36,164 bases of DNA, taken from a virus (Duplodnaviria > Caudoviricetes). The stretch lies in the IMG/VR virus record IMGVR_UViG_3300033407_000072, positions 1-36,164 of that record; one strand, 5' to 3'. A program made the translations under genes and the position numbers. Positions 1-6,570 of this stretch are shown piece by piece (within the stretch, counting starts at the first letter, position 1; each line of letters opens with the position of its first letter). The notes below the pieces were generated by a model that saw nothing but the letters and a program-made list of their open reading frames with translations, was not told where the DNA came from and did no database searches.

Positions 1-40
1 CCCAAGCGGCGTCCCCAGCGGCGTCCCAAGCGGCGGCCGA
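1..40. repeat. 12-bp tandem repeat CCC(A/C)AGCGGCG(T/G), same family as the repeat at the far end
   Basis: cccaagcggcgt ccccagcggcgt cccaagcggcgg at 1-36. Confidence 0.9.
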
Positions 41-472
41 CTTCTTGCGGGCGTCTTCAAGCACCGTCATGCAGTCAGCGAGGACCGACCAGTCCGTGAC
101 GGGTGGGAGACCTGCGACCGCGTCGGCGTTGGCGGTGAGCCCAGCGAGGCGCAACCAGGCGGGCGTGTAGATGCGGATCAGCCAGTCGGCGGCGAGCAGG
201 CCTCGTTCCTGGTCGCGGCCGTCGTTGGTGCCGACGAGCCGCGGCAGGTACGGCTTGAGGATCTGTCGGTGCTCTTCATCCCAGTTGTCGTTGAGGCCGA
301 TCATGAAGTCGGCCAGCACCTTGGAGACGCATTCGGGATGGTCGGTGTGGCCTTCCCCGGCGAGCCAGGCGACGGCCTCCATCGCGCACATACCGTCGTC
401 CCGTTTGGCGTGCGATCCGTGAGCAAGGATGAGTCCGTCGAGTTGTGAGAGCCGATCGTCGAGGATGGTCAT
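1..472 (-). CDS. Phage protein with (W/R)-(D/A)-A-A tetrapeptide repeats, N-terminal part (continues across the window junction)
   Basis: Manual translation from ATG 472: MTILDDRLSQLDGLILAHGSHAKRDDGMCAMEAVAWLAGEGHTDHPECVSK...KKSAAAWDAAGDAAW. It runs off position 1 with no stop. GAAAGGA RBS upstream. Confidence 0.8.
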   Translation of the reverse strand, partial: MTILDDRLSQLDGLILAHGSHAKRDDGMCAMEAVAWLAGEGHTDHPECVSKVLADFMIGLNDNWDEEHRQILKPYLPRLVGTNDGRDQERGLLAADWLIRIYTPAWLRLAGLTANADAVAGLPPVTDWSVLADCMTVLEDARKKSAAAWDAAGDAAW

Positions 473-505
473 GGGATTCCTTTCATGGGTCTGTCCTCTT
501 GAACT

Positions 506-877
506 TCACTTCGAGACGGTCCCGTACACGTCGACGTCGATCTGACCGATCAGCTGATCGCCGGTGGGACCGACGAGTGGTTGGCCGTCGAGTTCGAGGT
601 GGGTGGCGCCGGCGGCGACCAGATAGCCGATCATCAGCCTGATCGTGTCCACCGTGCCCGATTCGAGGTCGTCTACCGCCCGTCTCAGCGTGTCTGAGCG
701 TTGCCTGCCGGTTGTGTGCGGGTCAGGTAGGACACGCAGCGCTTTTCCGTTGACGGTCACGTCATGGGCCCCCTCATGGGTGTGACCGGAACGGAGCGAC
801 TGCACTTCGACATCCAGGTGGGCGGTTATCGGCCCGACACTCAGCTTGCGCGGTTCCTTGTGCGGCTTCCAGGTCAT
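506..877 (-). CDS. Hypothetical protein (MTWKPHKEPRK..., 123 aa)
   Basis: Internal ATG of ORF 506..1012, overlapping the upstream stop as ATGA. Confidence 0.7.
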   Translation of the reverse strand: MTWKPHKEPRKLSVGPITAHLDVEVQSLRSGHTHEGAHDVTVNGKALRVLPDPHTTGRQRSDTLRRAVDDLESGTVDTIRLMIGYLVAAGATHLELDGQPLVGPTGDQLIGQIDVDVYGTVSK

Positions 878-1473
878 GACATGACCCCTGTCGCTTCGAA
901 GTCGAGGGTGGGCTGGCACTCCGGAGTGCGGGGGATGACCGCGCCGGCGGCGGCGGCCACGTCGAGTGTGAGCGGCTCCACCCAGCCGGCAAGCTCGGCT
1001 GCCGACGCCCACGGATGGGCCAGGATGTGCTCGAACGACGTGCTGTAGAACCGGCTACCAGGGACCGACCGGAGGGCGGTGTGGGCGGTGGCCTCCTCGG
1101 TGGTGAACGAGTCGGCGAACGGTTCCCACGGTGTCGGCGTGGAGGGGCGGAGGAACGCGTCGAGGAGTTTGGCCTGGGAGCGGGCCTGCTGTTCGTGGTT
1201 GCGGGACAGCCAGATGAACACCCATCCGCCGGGTGCCCGGCGCAGCTGAGTGAAGTCGACGGCGCCGCCCAGCAGTTTGATGCTGTGACCGGCTCCGGTG
1301 TAGGTGACATGTCGAAGCCACTGGCGGCCGCTGGAGCCGAGCATCTGGGTGTGTTCGTAGCCTCGGGGTGACCCGCCCGGATACGGGTGGATGCCGCCCT
1401 CGTCGAGCATCTCCATGACCAGGGTGGACCCGCAGCGGCCGAGCCCGCACACGGCGATGAGAGGCAACGTCAC
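874..1473 (-). CDS. Sulfotransferase-family (P-loop/PAPS-binding-like) protein
   Basis: N-terminal AVCGLGRCGSTLVMEML..GG, GYE and FIWLSRN..QQARSQ motifs typical of small bacterial sulfotransferase-like proteins. GTG start with AGGAG RBS and GTGA overlap. Confidence 0.7.
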   Translation of the reverse strand: MTLPLIAVCGLGRCGSTLVMEMLDEGGIHPYPGGSPRGYEHTQMLGSSGRQWLRHVTYTGAGHSIKLLGGAVDFTQLRRAPGGWVFIWLSRNHEQQARSQAKLLDAFLRPSTPTPWEPFADSFTTEEATAHTALRSVPGSRFYSTSFEHILAHPWASAAELAGWVEPLTLDVAAAAGAVIPRTPECQPTLDFEATGVMS

Positions 1474-1710
1474 AGCAGCGTCTCCTGGACGCCGACGTCC
1501 TCCGGAGCGAACCGGTGGATCCGATCCCACACGTCACGCGCCGACTCCTCCAACGTGGCCGACCGGTGCGGTGGTAGACGCTTACTCACACGACCACCAA
1601 CCCTGGGACCGAGGTTGCAGTAGGCGGCGATACCCGCCTTGGTGCGGCGGACGTAATGCCACCAGATGTTCTTGCCGCACGGGCACTGCTGGGGGGGGGG
1701 TCGACGTCAT
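1470..1710 (-). pseudogene. Small gene frameshifted at a G10 homopolymer (1691-1700)
   Basis: ATG 1710 (ATGA overlap) and TGA 1470 (GTGA overlap) span 241 nt. With 9 instead of 10 G it reads MTSTPPQQCPCGKNIWWHYVRR...VQETLL with phage-like codon usage. Confidence 0.55.
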
Positions 1711-2123
1711 GCCACCGCCTCGACCTGTGGGAGGTCGACGACGACGCCGGTGCGGTCACGCCACTGGCGGCGGGCCAACACCATCAGCCGGAGGAACCGG
1801 AACCGTGCCCCAGCTGGGAGGTCGTGGGACAGGATGTCCTGGGCGAACCCGTAGCCCTCCTCGCAGAGGTCGAGGACCATCTCCCAATACCAGTTCTCCG
1901 GGCAGCCGGTGAGCTGGGCGCCGACCGTGATCAGGGTCCGGCAGTGGCCGCACATCTTCCAGGTGACCACCGAATTCGACCAGTGATCAACGCTCGTCTG
2001 AGACCAGTAGGACTCGCCGGGCTCGATCGGCCGTCGGCATTCCAAGCATTCGTGGGCCTTGCGGGCCCGCCGGAACCCGGAGTGGAGATTCGTGTGGTCG
2101 TCGTCGTCGATGTACAGGCACAT
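1707..2123 (-). CDS. Cys-rich phage protein (RARKAHECLECRRPIEPGESY...CGHC), putative Zn-binding
   Basis: ATG 2123 in TGATG overlap with the ParB stop; CxxC pairs. Confidence 0.75.
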   Translation of the reverse strand: MCLYIDDDDHTNLHSGFRRARKAHECLECRRPIEPGESYWSQTSVDHWSNSVVTWKMCGHCRTLITVGAQLTGCPENWYWEMVLDLCEEGYGFAQDILSHDLPAGARFRFLRLMVLARRQWRDRTGVVVDLPQVEAVA

Positions 2124-3508
2124 CAGGCGGCGTCCCCCGTGTCGATCGTCTGCTGGTCGTCGTCCCACTGGTCCAAACCAAGAAGCTGGACGAAGTCACG
2201 GGCCACGGACTTGTCGTTCTGGTCGAGACGCCATCCCTCACCGGCGGCGAGAACGATCGCCATGGCGGTCTGATGCGTGTGAGAAGCGAAATGCTCTATC
2301 AGCCGGTCCCGCATCCGGGACACGGGCGCCGACTTCGGTGTCGACTGGCCGGTCACGTCGGCGAGCAGATCCAACGCCATGTGCAGCGTCTCCCCCGTCA
2401 TATGCATTTCCTGATGTAGGGCGAGGGCGATCGCCTGCTGATAGACCAGGTCGACTGTGACCGGCCAGGTGTACGGGTCGGCGGCCATCAACGTCTTATA
2501 GAAGGTGGCTCGCTCGACACGGCGGGCTTCCCGCTGTCGCTGGTTCCGGTCGAACGGGGATTCCGACGTCGCCGTGTGACGGTCAGGGTCGTGTTCGGCC
2601 CACCAGTCGTCGGTCACCTTCACCGTCGACTCGCCGTCCGGGAAATGCCGGGACGGGACAGCACACCACCATTCCGGTCCGCTATCCTTCCCCCGCCATG
2701 TGAGCCGCCACCTCGAGCATGGCTCCGTCAGGTGGGCGTCGTAGTCGACGTCCAACCCGTTCCACCCTTCGATCGGACGTCCGCTGCTGCGTTCGTCGTC
2801 GCTGAGTTGGACAGCGCCGGCGTCGGTGAGCTCCCGGACGATCTTCGCTTCGACCCGGGACGCCTCAGCCCGGCGGGTGGCGGTCGTCGCCGCCCACAAC
2901 ACGTCACTGTCGAACTGGAAGTCGCTGGTCAGGTCGTCAGGGTCGGTGAGGATCTCCACCACGTTGGCGACGAGCTGGGCGGAGTCGACGTCCCGGTCGC
3001 CGATCGCGCGAGCCACCTCATAGGCGGTTTCCACCCCGATCCTCCCGTCCCGCACCGCCGGCAGAATGTCGTCGGGAAGGTCGAGGAGGCGAAGCCGTTT
3101 CGACACGACCGCCGGCGACCGGCCGGTCTTCTCAGCGATGTCCTTCTGCCGCCAACCCAAATCGACCAGGATCCGGTAGCCGGCCGCCTCCTCCAACACG
3201 GTCAGCTCCTGACGTTGCAGGTTCTCGACGAGCATCGCCGCATACGCCATCCCGTCGTCCAGATCCTCGCGAACTTCGGCGGTGATCTTCTTCAACCCGG
3301 CCTTCGACGCCGCCGCATGCCGGCGATGCCCGGCCACCAGCTGATACTCGCCCGGCTTGTCCGGATGCGGCCTCACAACGATCGGCTGGATCAGACCGAC
3401 CGCCCGGATAGACGCGGCGAGCTGGTCGACGTCAGCGAGACCGGCCCGATAGTTATGCGGATGCGGATGGACCTTGCCGATCGGCAGGTCCACAAGCTGA
3501 CGAGTCAT
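2123..3508 (-). CDS. parB: ParB/Spo0J-family protein
   Basis: LAASIRAVGLIQPIVVRP, YQLVAGHRRHAA (ParB box II), LVENLQRQEL, HTH QKDIAEKTGRSPAVVSKRLRLL. Confidence 0.92.
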   Translation of the reverse strand: MTRQLVDLPIGKVHPHPHNYRAGLADVDQLAASIRAVGLIQPIVVRPHPDKPGEYQLVAGHRRHAAASKAGLKKITAEVREDLDDGMAYAAMLVENLQRQELTVLEEAAGYRILVDLGWRQKDIAEKTGRSPAVVSKRLRLLDLPDDILPAVRDGRIGVETAYEVARAIGDRDVDSAQLVANVVEILTDPDDLTSDFQFDSDVLWAATTATRRAEASRVEAKIVRELTDAGAVQLSDDERSSGRPIEGWNGLDVDYDAHLTEPCSRWRLTWRGKDSGPEWWCAVPSRHFPDGESTVKVTDDWWAEHDPDRHTATSESPFDRNQRQREARRVERATFYKTLMAADPYTWPVTVDLVYQQAIALALHQEMHMTGETLHMALDLLADVTGQSTPKSAPVSRMRDRLIEHFASHTHQTAMAIVLAAGEGWRLDQNDKSVARDFVQLLGLDQWDDDQQTIDTGDAA

Positions 3509-3765
3509 CGCGGCACCGGAGTCCGATCGCGGGGCCCGCCAGTCGGGGCCGTCACCGGTGCGAACAGGGAGACACCCTCGTCGATGTAGTCCACTTCCTG
3601 TTCGTCGAAGACGAACGCCTGCGGCTGACCGTCCTTGTCATGATGGGCGAGCGACACTCGGACACAGCCGTTCCGGTAGAAGTAGACCGCTTCGGCGATC
3701 CCGTCCCATCCGGACACCTGGTCCCGGTAGCGGGCACCGAGCTTGATGCTGGTCCTGTAGGTCAT
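3505..3765 (-). CDS. Conserved phage hypothetical protein (IKLGARYRDQVSGWDG...FDE...TGGP)
   Basis: ATG 3765 with ATGA overlaps at both ends; motif pattern familiar from small phage proteins. Confidence 0.75.
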   Translation of the reverse strand: MTYRTSIKLGARYRDQVSGWDGIAEAVYFYRNGCVRVSLAHHDKDGQPQAFVFDEQEVDYIDEGVSLFAPVTAPTGGPRDRTPVPR

Positions 3766-4160
3766 ATTCGGTTGATCTCCTCTCGGATTTGGAGGGCGAG
3801 CTCGTACCAGTCGACGTGGGATTGGACGAGGGCGGCGGCACCCGGCTGCCAGACACCGTCGACGTCCCGGTAGCCGCGGAGCAGCCGTCCGACGGTGCGT
3901 TCGTCGACGTCGAGGAACGAGGCGACCTGCCGTTGGGTGGCGGCCGTGTAGTAGGTGGCGGCGAAACAGAACATGCGGCGGGCGAACGCCGCCTGCGGCC
4001 GGCGGGTATGACCGTCGCCGGTGATCCAATCCGGGTCGACCATCAGCCGGCCGGCGACGATCGACAGGACCCGGTCCAGGCCTGCATCAGCGGCCGTCAA
4101 CACCGAAGGGAGGGCAGGGGTTGAGGCGGTGGGCCCCTCAACAGGACAACGGGCGGTCAT
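3762..4160 (-). CDS. HTH protein resembling the DnaA C-terminal (domain IV) DNA-binding domain
   Basis: ITG..TRR..AFARRMFCF.....ATQRQVASFLDVDERTV pattern. Confidence 0.65.
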   Translation of the reverse strand: MTARCPVEGPTASTPALPSVLTAADAGLDRVLSIVAGRLMVDPDWITGDGHTRRPQAAFARRMFCFAATYYTAATQRQVASFLDVDERTVGRLLRGYRDVDGVWQPGAAALVQSHVDWYELALQIREEINRI

Positions 4161-4327
4161 CGGCGCCGCTCCGGATGCGCCAACCCGTCGACATCTTCGA
4201 ACCGGTCAGCGTCGGCATCGAAGAGAGCCAGGAACGCTTCTTTGATGACCGGCCAGATCAGGCGGGCGCCGTACCCGACGGCGATAGCCGTACCGAGCAG
4301 CTGCAGGTCGGTGAGGAGACGTCTCAT
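4157..4327 (-). CDS. Small protein with hydrophobic segment (MRRLLTDLQLLGTAIAVGYGARLIWPV..., 56 aa)
   Basis: Manual translation; TGATG and ATGA overlaps fill the gap exactly. Confidence 0.6.
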   Translation of the reverse strand: MRRLLTDLQLLGTAIAVGYGARLIWPVIKEAFLALFDADADRFEDVDGLAHPERRR

Positions 4328-4665
4328 CACATGCCCCCGGCTCGGACACGCTCAGTGGCGGACTCGTTGAACCAGTCCGGCATCGAAGGGTCACGCCAGC
4401 CCTCGTTCATCGCCCACACGACGGCCGGTACAAGGTTGTCATGGACCGGGCCGACTTGGTTGCCGTCGGCGTCGACGAAGCGGGTCTTCTGATGGCCGCG
4501 GGAGCCCTTCGCGGGACGTTCCATCCACACCTCGAGCCCGTCGCCGGTGACATAGTCGGCGCGGTTGGGGTTGAGGTCGATCTCCACCGGGTCATGACCC
4601 AGGGAAGCGACCATTACGGGATGCGAGACGACAACGTCGCGGAAGTTCTGGACGGGGCGGCTCAT
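4327..4665 (-). CDS. Hypothetical protein (MSRPVQNFRD..., 112 aa)
   Basis: 3' part of ORF 4327..5550; ATG 4665 in ATGA overlap. Confidence 0.7.
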   Translation of the reverse strand: MSRPVQNFRDVVVSHPVMVASLGHDPVEIDLNPNRADYVTGDGLEVWMERPAKGSRGHQKTRFVDADGNQVGPVHDNLVPAVVWAMNEGWRDPSMPDWFNESATERVRAGGM

Positions 4666-4775
4666 GGGGCGATCACCCGGTATCCGATGATCGAAGCGCC
4701 CACGACCTCGGCAACGACCAACGCCACGAAGATGAGCGACGCCAGGATCAGCACCGCACACCCGGGGGCCCTCAT
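4662..4775 (-). CDS. Small membrane peptide (MRAPGCAVLILASLIFVALVVAEVVGASIIGYRVIAP)
   Basis: Single hydrophobic helix; ATGA overlap with the methyltransferase stop. Confidence 0.6.
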   Translation of the reverse strand: MRAPGCAVLILASLIFVALVVAEVVGASIIGYRVIAP

Positions 4776-5695
4776 CGCGCGACCTCGCCCTCTTTGCGGA
4801 ACGTCTCCCAAGCTCGAGCGGCGCCTCCGGAGCCGGGGAACAGGTCGACGAAGGTGTCGTCGGGTGCGGCGGCGAGTAGATCGAAGATCCAGAAGAGGAA
4901 TGCGGCCGGTTTGGCACCGACGACGCGCTTCGGGTCTGTCGTGCGGGCCCGCGCGACGTATTGGAGGGTGTCCACGCGCCGATCGGTGGTGCCGGCCCAA
5001 AGGGGGCGGGCCGGGTGGTAGATGACGGGCTCCCAGCCGTTGAGGGGATGCCAGGAGGCAGTCGGCCGTTCCCCCCGGTGCCAGGAGGCCACCCGTACGT
5101 CGGGGGGGCAGAGAGCGAGGACGTCGCGGAGCGCCGGCACACTCGTCGACAGCGCCCAGCCGTCGTATTCGGCCGTGAGCGACGCAACAAGACTGACGAG
5201 ATCGACTTCACCGGCGAAGTCAGGATGGTCCCGGTAATAGCGGGCGGAGAGCCCCGGATAGGGCGGATCGGCGTAGGCGAGACGGAGCGGAGCCGTCGCG
5301 TCCTCCGGCGTGGTCGACGGATCGCGGCGGTGGGAAACGAAACGGTGGTTCGCTTGTCGGCACCGTTTGGAGCAGTAGACAGAATCGCGGCGGGCGTTGG
5401 GCCGGATGGGGTCCTCGCACCATGCGCAGACCCGTCGTGAACCGATCGCACCGCGACGCGTCGTGTAGGTCCTAAACGACGCGTCGACCTGGTCCTCACG
5501 ACGCGTCGTGTCGGGATCCTGAAGCGACGTGTCGTGTGGTGCGGCCGCACTTCGCGACACGTCGTCGCGCTGCAGGGTCGACGTGTCGCTGGTGGCCACA
5601 GACGACGCGTCGTCTTTCACCACGGCGAAACGCGACGGGTTGCGGGCGTACCCCTCGCGGGGTATGTCAAGGCGGGTATGAGTCACGCCGGCCAT
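4772..5695 (-). CDS. Amino-DNA methyltransferase (N6-mA/N4-mC, beta-type motif order) with N-terminal Zn finger; start uncertain
   Basis: Motif IV YADPPY precedes motif X/I (KP...FVDLFPGSG). Zn finger CAWC...YCSKRCR. Very short region between WEPVIY and KP. The 5' part reads through the palindrome array. Confidence 0.85.
   Translation of the reverse strand: MAGVTHTRLDIPREGYARNPSRFAVVKDDASSVATSDTSTLQRDDVSRSAAAPHDTSLQDPDTTRREDQVDASFRTYTTRRGAIGSRRVCAWCEDPIRPNARRDSVYCSKRCRQANHRFVSHRRDPSTTPEDATAPLRLAYADPPYPGLSARYYRDHPDFAGEVDLVSLVASLTAEYDGWALSTSVPALRDVLALCPPDVRVASWHRGERPTASWHPLNGWEPVIYHPARPLWAGTTDRRVDTLQYVARARTTDPKRVVGAKPAAFLFWIFDLLAAAPDDTFVDLFPGSGGAARAWETFRKEGEVAR
5428..5635. repeat. Array of palindromic 10-bp repeats CGACRYGTCG with unique 12-20 nt spacers
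   Basis: Consensus copies at 5454, 5477, 5499, 5525, 5555, 5579, 5603; degenerate copies at 5428 (AGACCCGTCG) and 5626 (CGAAACGCGA). Confidence 0.92.
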
Positions 5696-5853
5696 CCGAT
5701 ATGCGCCTCAGCGGCCGCCTTCGTGGCGTGGATGCCGAGCAGATGCCAGTGCGGACCCAACGCACAGACACAGTCGAACGAGACCTCCCAGCTGCGGCCC
5801 CGCTTCTCGACCTTGAACTCGGCGCCGTTGATCCGGTAGAGGGAGGCGGTCAT
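5683..5853 (-). CDS. Small hypothetical protein (MTASLYRINGAEFKVEKRGRSWEV..., 56 aa)
   Basis: Manual translation; ATGA overlap upstream; GC3-rich codons. Confidence 0.7.
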   Translation of the reverse strand: MTASLYRINGAEFKVEKRGRSWEVSFDCVCALGPHWHLLGIHATKAAAEAHIGWPA

Positions 5854-6077
5854 CGCGATGCCCGTTTCGCCTTACGTGCGGCCTTCCGGCGTGCCCGGTC
5901 GCGCGCGATCCTGTTCTTCTGGCCGGCATGCACATGGCACACGGACCGACCCGGGAGCGATATCCGGGAGCACGTGTAGAAGCCGGTGTCAGGTTGAGCG
6001 TCCCACTGGCAGCGGACCTGCACCCCGCGGCGGAACGTCGTATACGGGCCCTGCTCGGTCGAACGGCGAGGCCTCAT
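5850..6077 (-). CDS. Small basic Cys/His protein (possible Zn finger)
   Basis: C..C..CHVH followed by an Arg/Lys-rich tail; ATGA overlap. Confidence 0.6.
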   Translation of the reverse strand: MRPRRSTEQGPYTTFRRGVQVRCQWDAQPDTGFYTCSRISLPGRSVCHVHAGQKNRIARDRARRKAARKAKRASR

Positions 6078-6208
6078 CGCGCACGCTCCCCGACCGTCCC
6101 GTTGGCGAACAGCTGAGCGACGGCGAGACGGTCGCGGAAACGGCACAGAGGCGTACGGCAGCGGGTCACGTCATCGAGGACCGACAGGAGGGTGATGACG
6201 GCGGTCAT
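6074..6208 (-). CDS. Small hypothetical protein (MTAVITLLSVLDDV..., 44 aa)
   Basis: Fills the gap with ATGA overlaps on both sides. Confidence 0.5.
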   Translation of the reverse strand: MTAVITLLSVLDDVTRCRTPLCRFRDRLAVAQLFANGTVGERAR

Positions 6209-6408
6209 GCGGCGAGCTCGAGGGATTTGGCCCAGCGGCGGATGGTGGCTTCGTGGAGGGGGACGCTGGTACGTTCACGGATTTCGATGGTGATGTCCGT
6301 GTAGGACTTGCCCTGTTCGATGAGTTGGGGAAAGAGAGTCGAGAAGGTGGTCCCCTGGTCCTCGAGGGCGGCTTCGACCATCCGATACACGGTGCTCTTC
6401 GGTGCCAT
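6205..6408 (-). CDS. Cro-like HTH protein
   Basis: 67 aa, HTH-like SYTDITIEIRERTSVPLHEATIRRW; first gene of the lytic operon, divergent from the repressor; ends in LAA. Confidence 0.7.
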   Translation of the reverse strand: MAPKSTVYRMVEAALEDQGTTFSTLFPQLIEQGKSYTDITIEIRERTSVPLHEATIRRWAKSLELAA

Positions 6409-6412
6409 GAGA

Positions 6413-6446
6413 GTGCATCATGCACGATTACAGGCGCAATTGTCAA
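6413..6446 (-). promoter_or_regulatory. Early lytic promoter (probably leaderless) with overlapping palindrome
   Basis: Minus strand TTGACA (6446-6441), 18 nt, CATGAT (6422-6417), 8 nt, ATG. GTGCAT-C-ATGCAC dyad at 6413-6425. Confidence 0.7.
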
Positions 6447-6492
6447 GCATTTGCGGTATCTACTGCGCTACTCATCCCACGTACTGCGCCCC

Positions 6493-6521
6493 TTGCAAGT
6501 GTTTAGCAGTTGCGATATCGT
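6493..6521 (+). promoter_or_regulatory. Repressor promoter
   Basis: TTGCAA (6493), 17 nt, TATCGT (6516); GAAAGG RBS before ATG 6571. Confidence 0.55.
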
Positions 6522-6570
6522 GCGGAGCGGCAGGAGTTGGGCGGAACGTACGAGAGAAAGGCACCCCACA

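Noticed and set aside
2123-2140. C-terminal AA/LAA-like endings of several proteins (ParB GDAA, lysin RAA) as degradation tags
   Set aside because: Ala-rich endings are common here and often arise from overlap with the next gene's RBS; only the Cro and repressor cases are contextually suggestive
4327-5550. 407-aa ORF overlapping the methyltransferase
   Set aside because: The 5' part is an alternative-frame Arg/Pro/Ser-rich read of the MTase; only 4327-4665 has a coupled start and normal composition
5428-5635. CRISPR array
   Set aside because: Repeats (10 bp) and spacers (12-20 bp) are far shorter than CRISPR units and no cas gene is present; reported as a distinct array type
6253-6570. Extended N-terminus of the repressor from the ORF track
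   Set aside because: Overlaps the cro-like gene and promoters; the RBS supports ATG 6571
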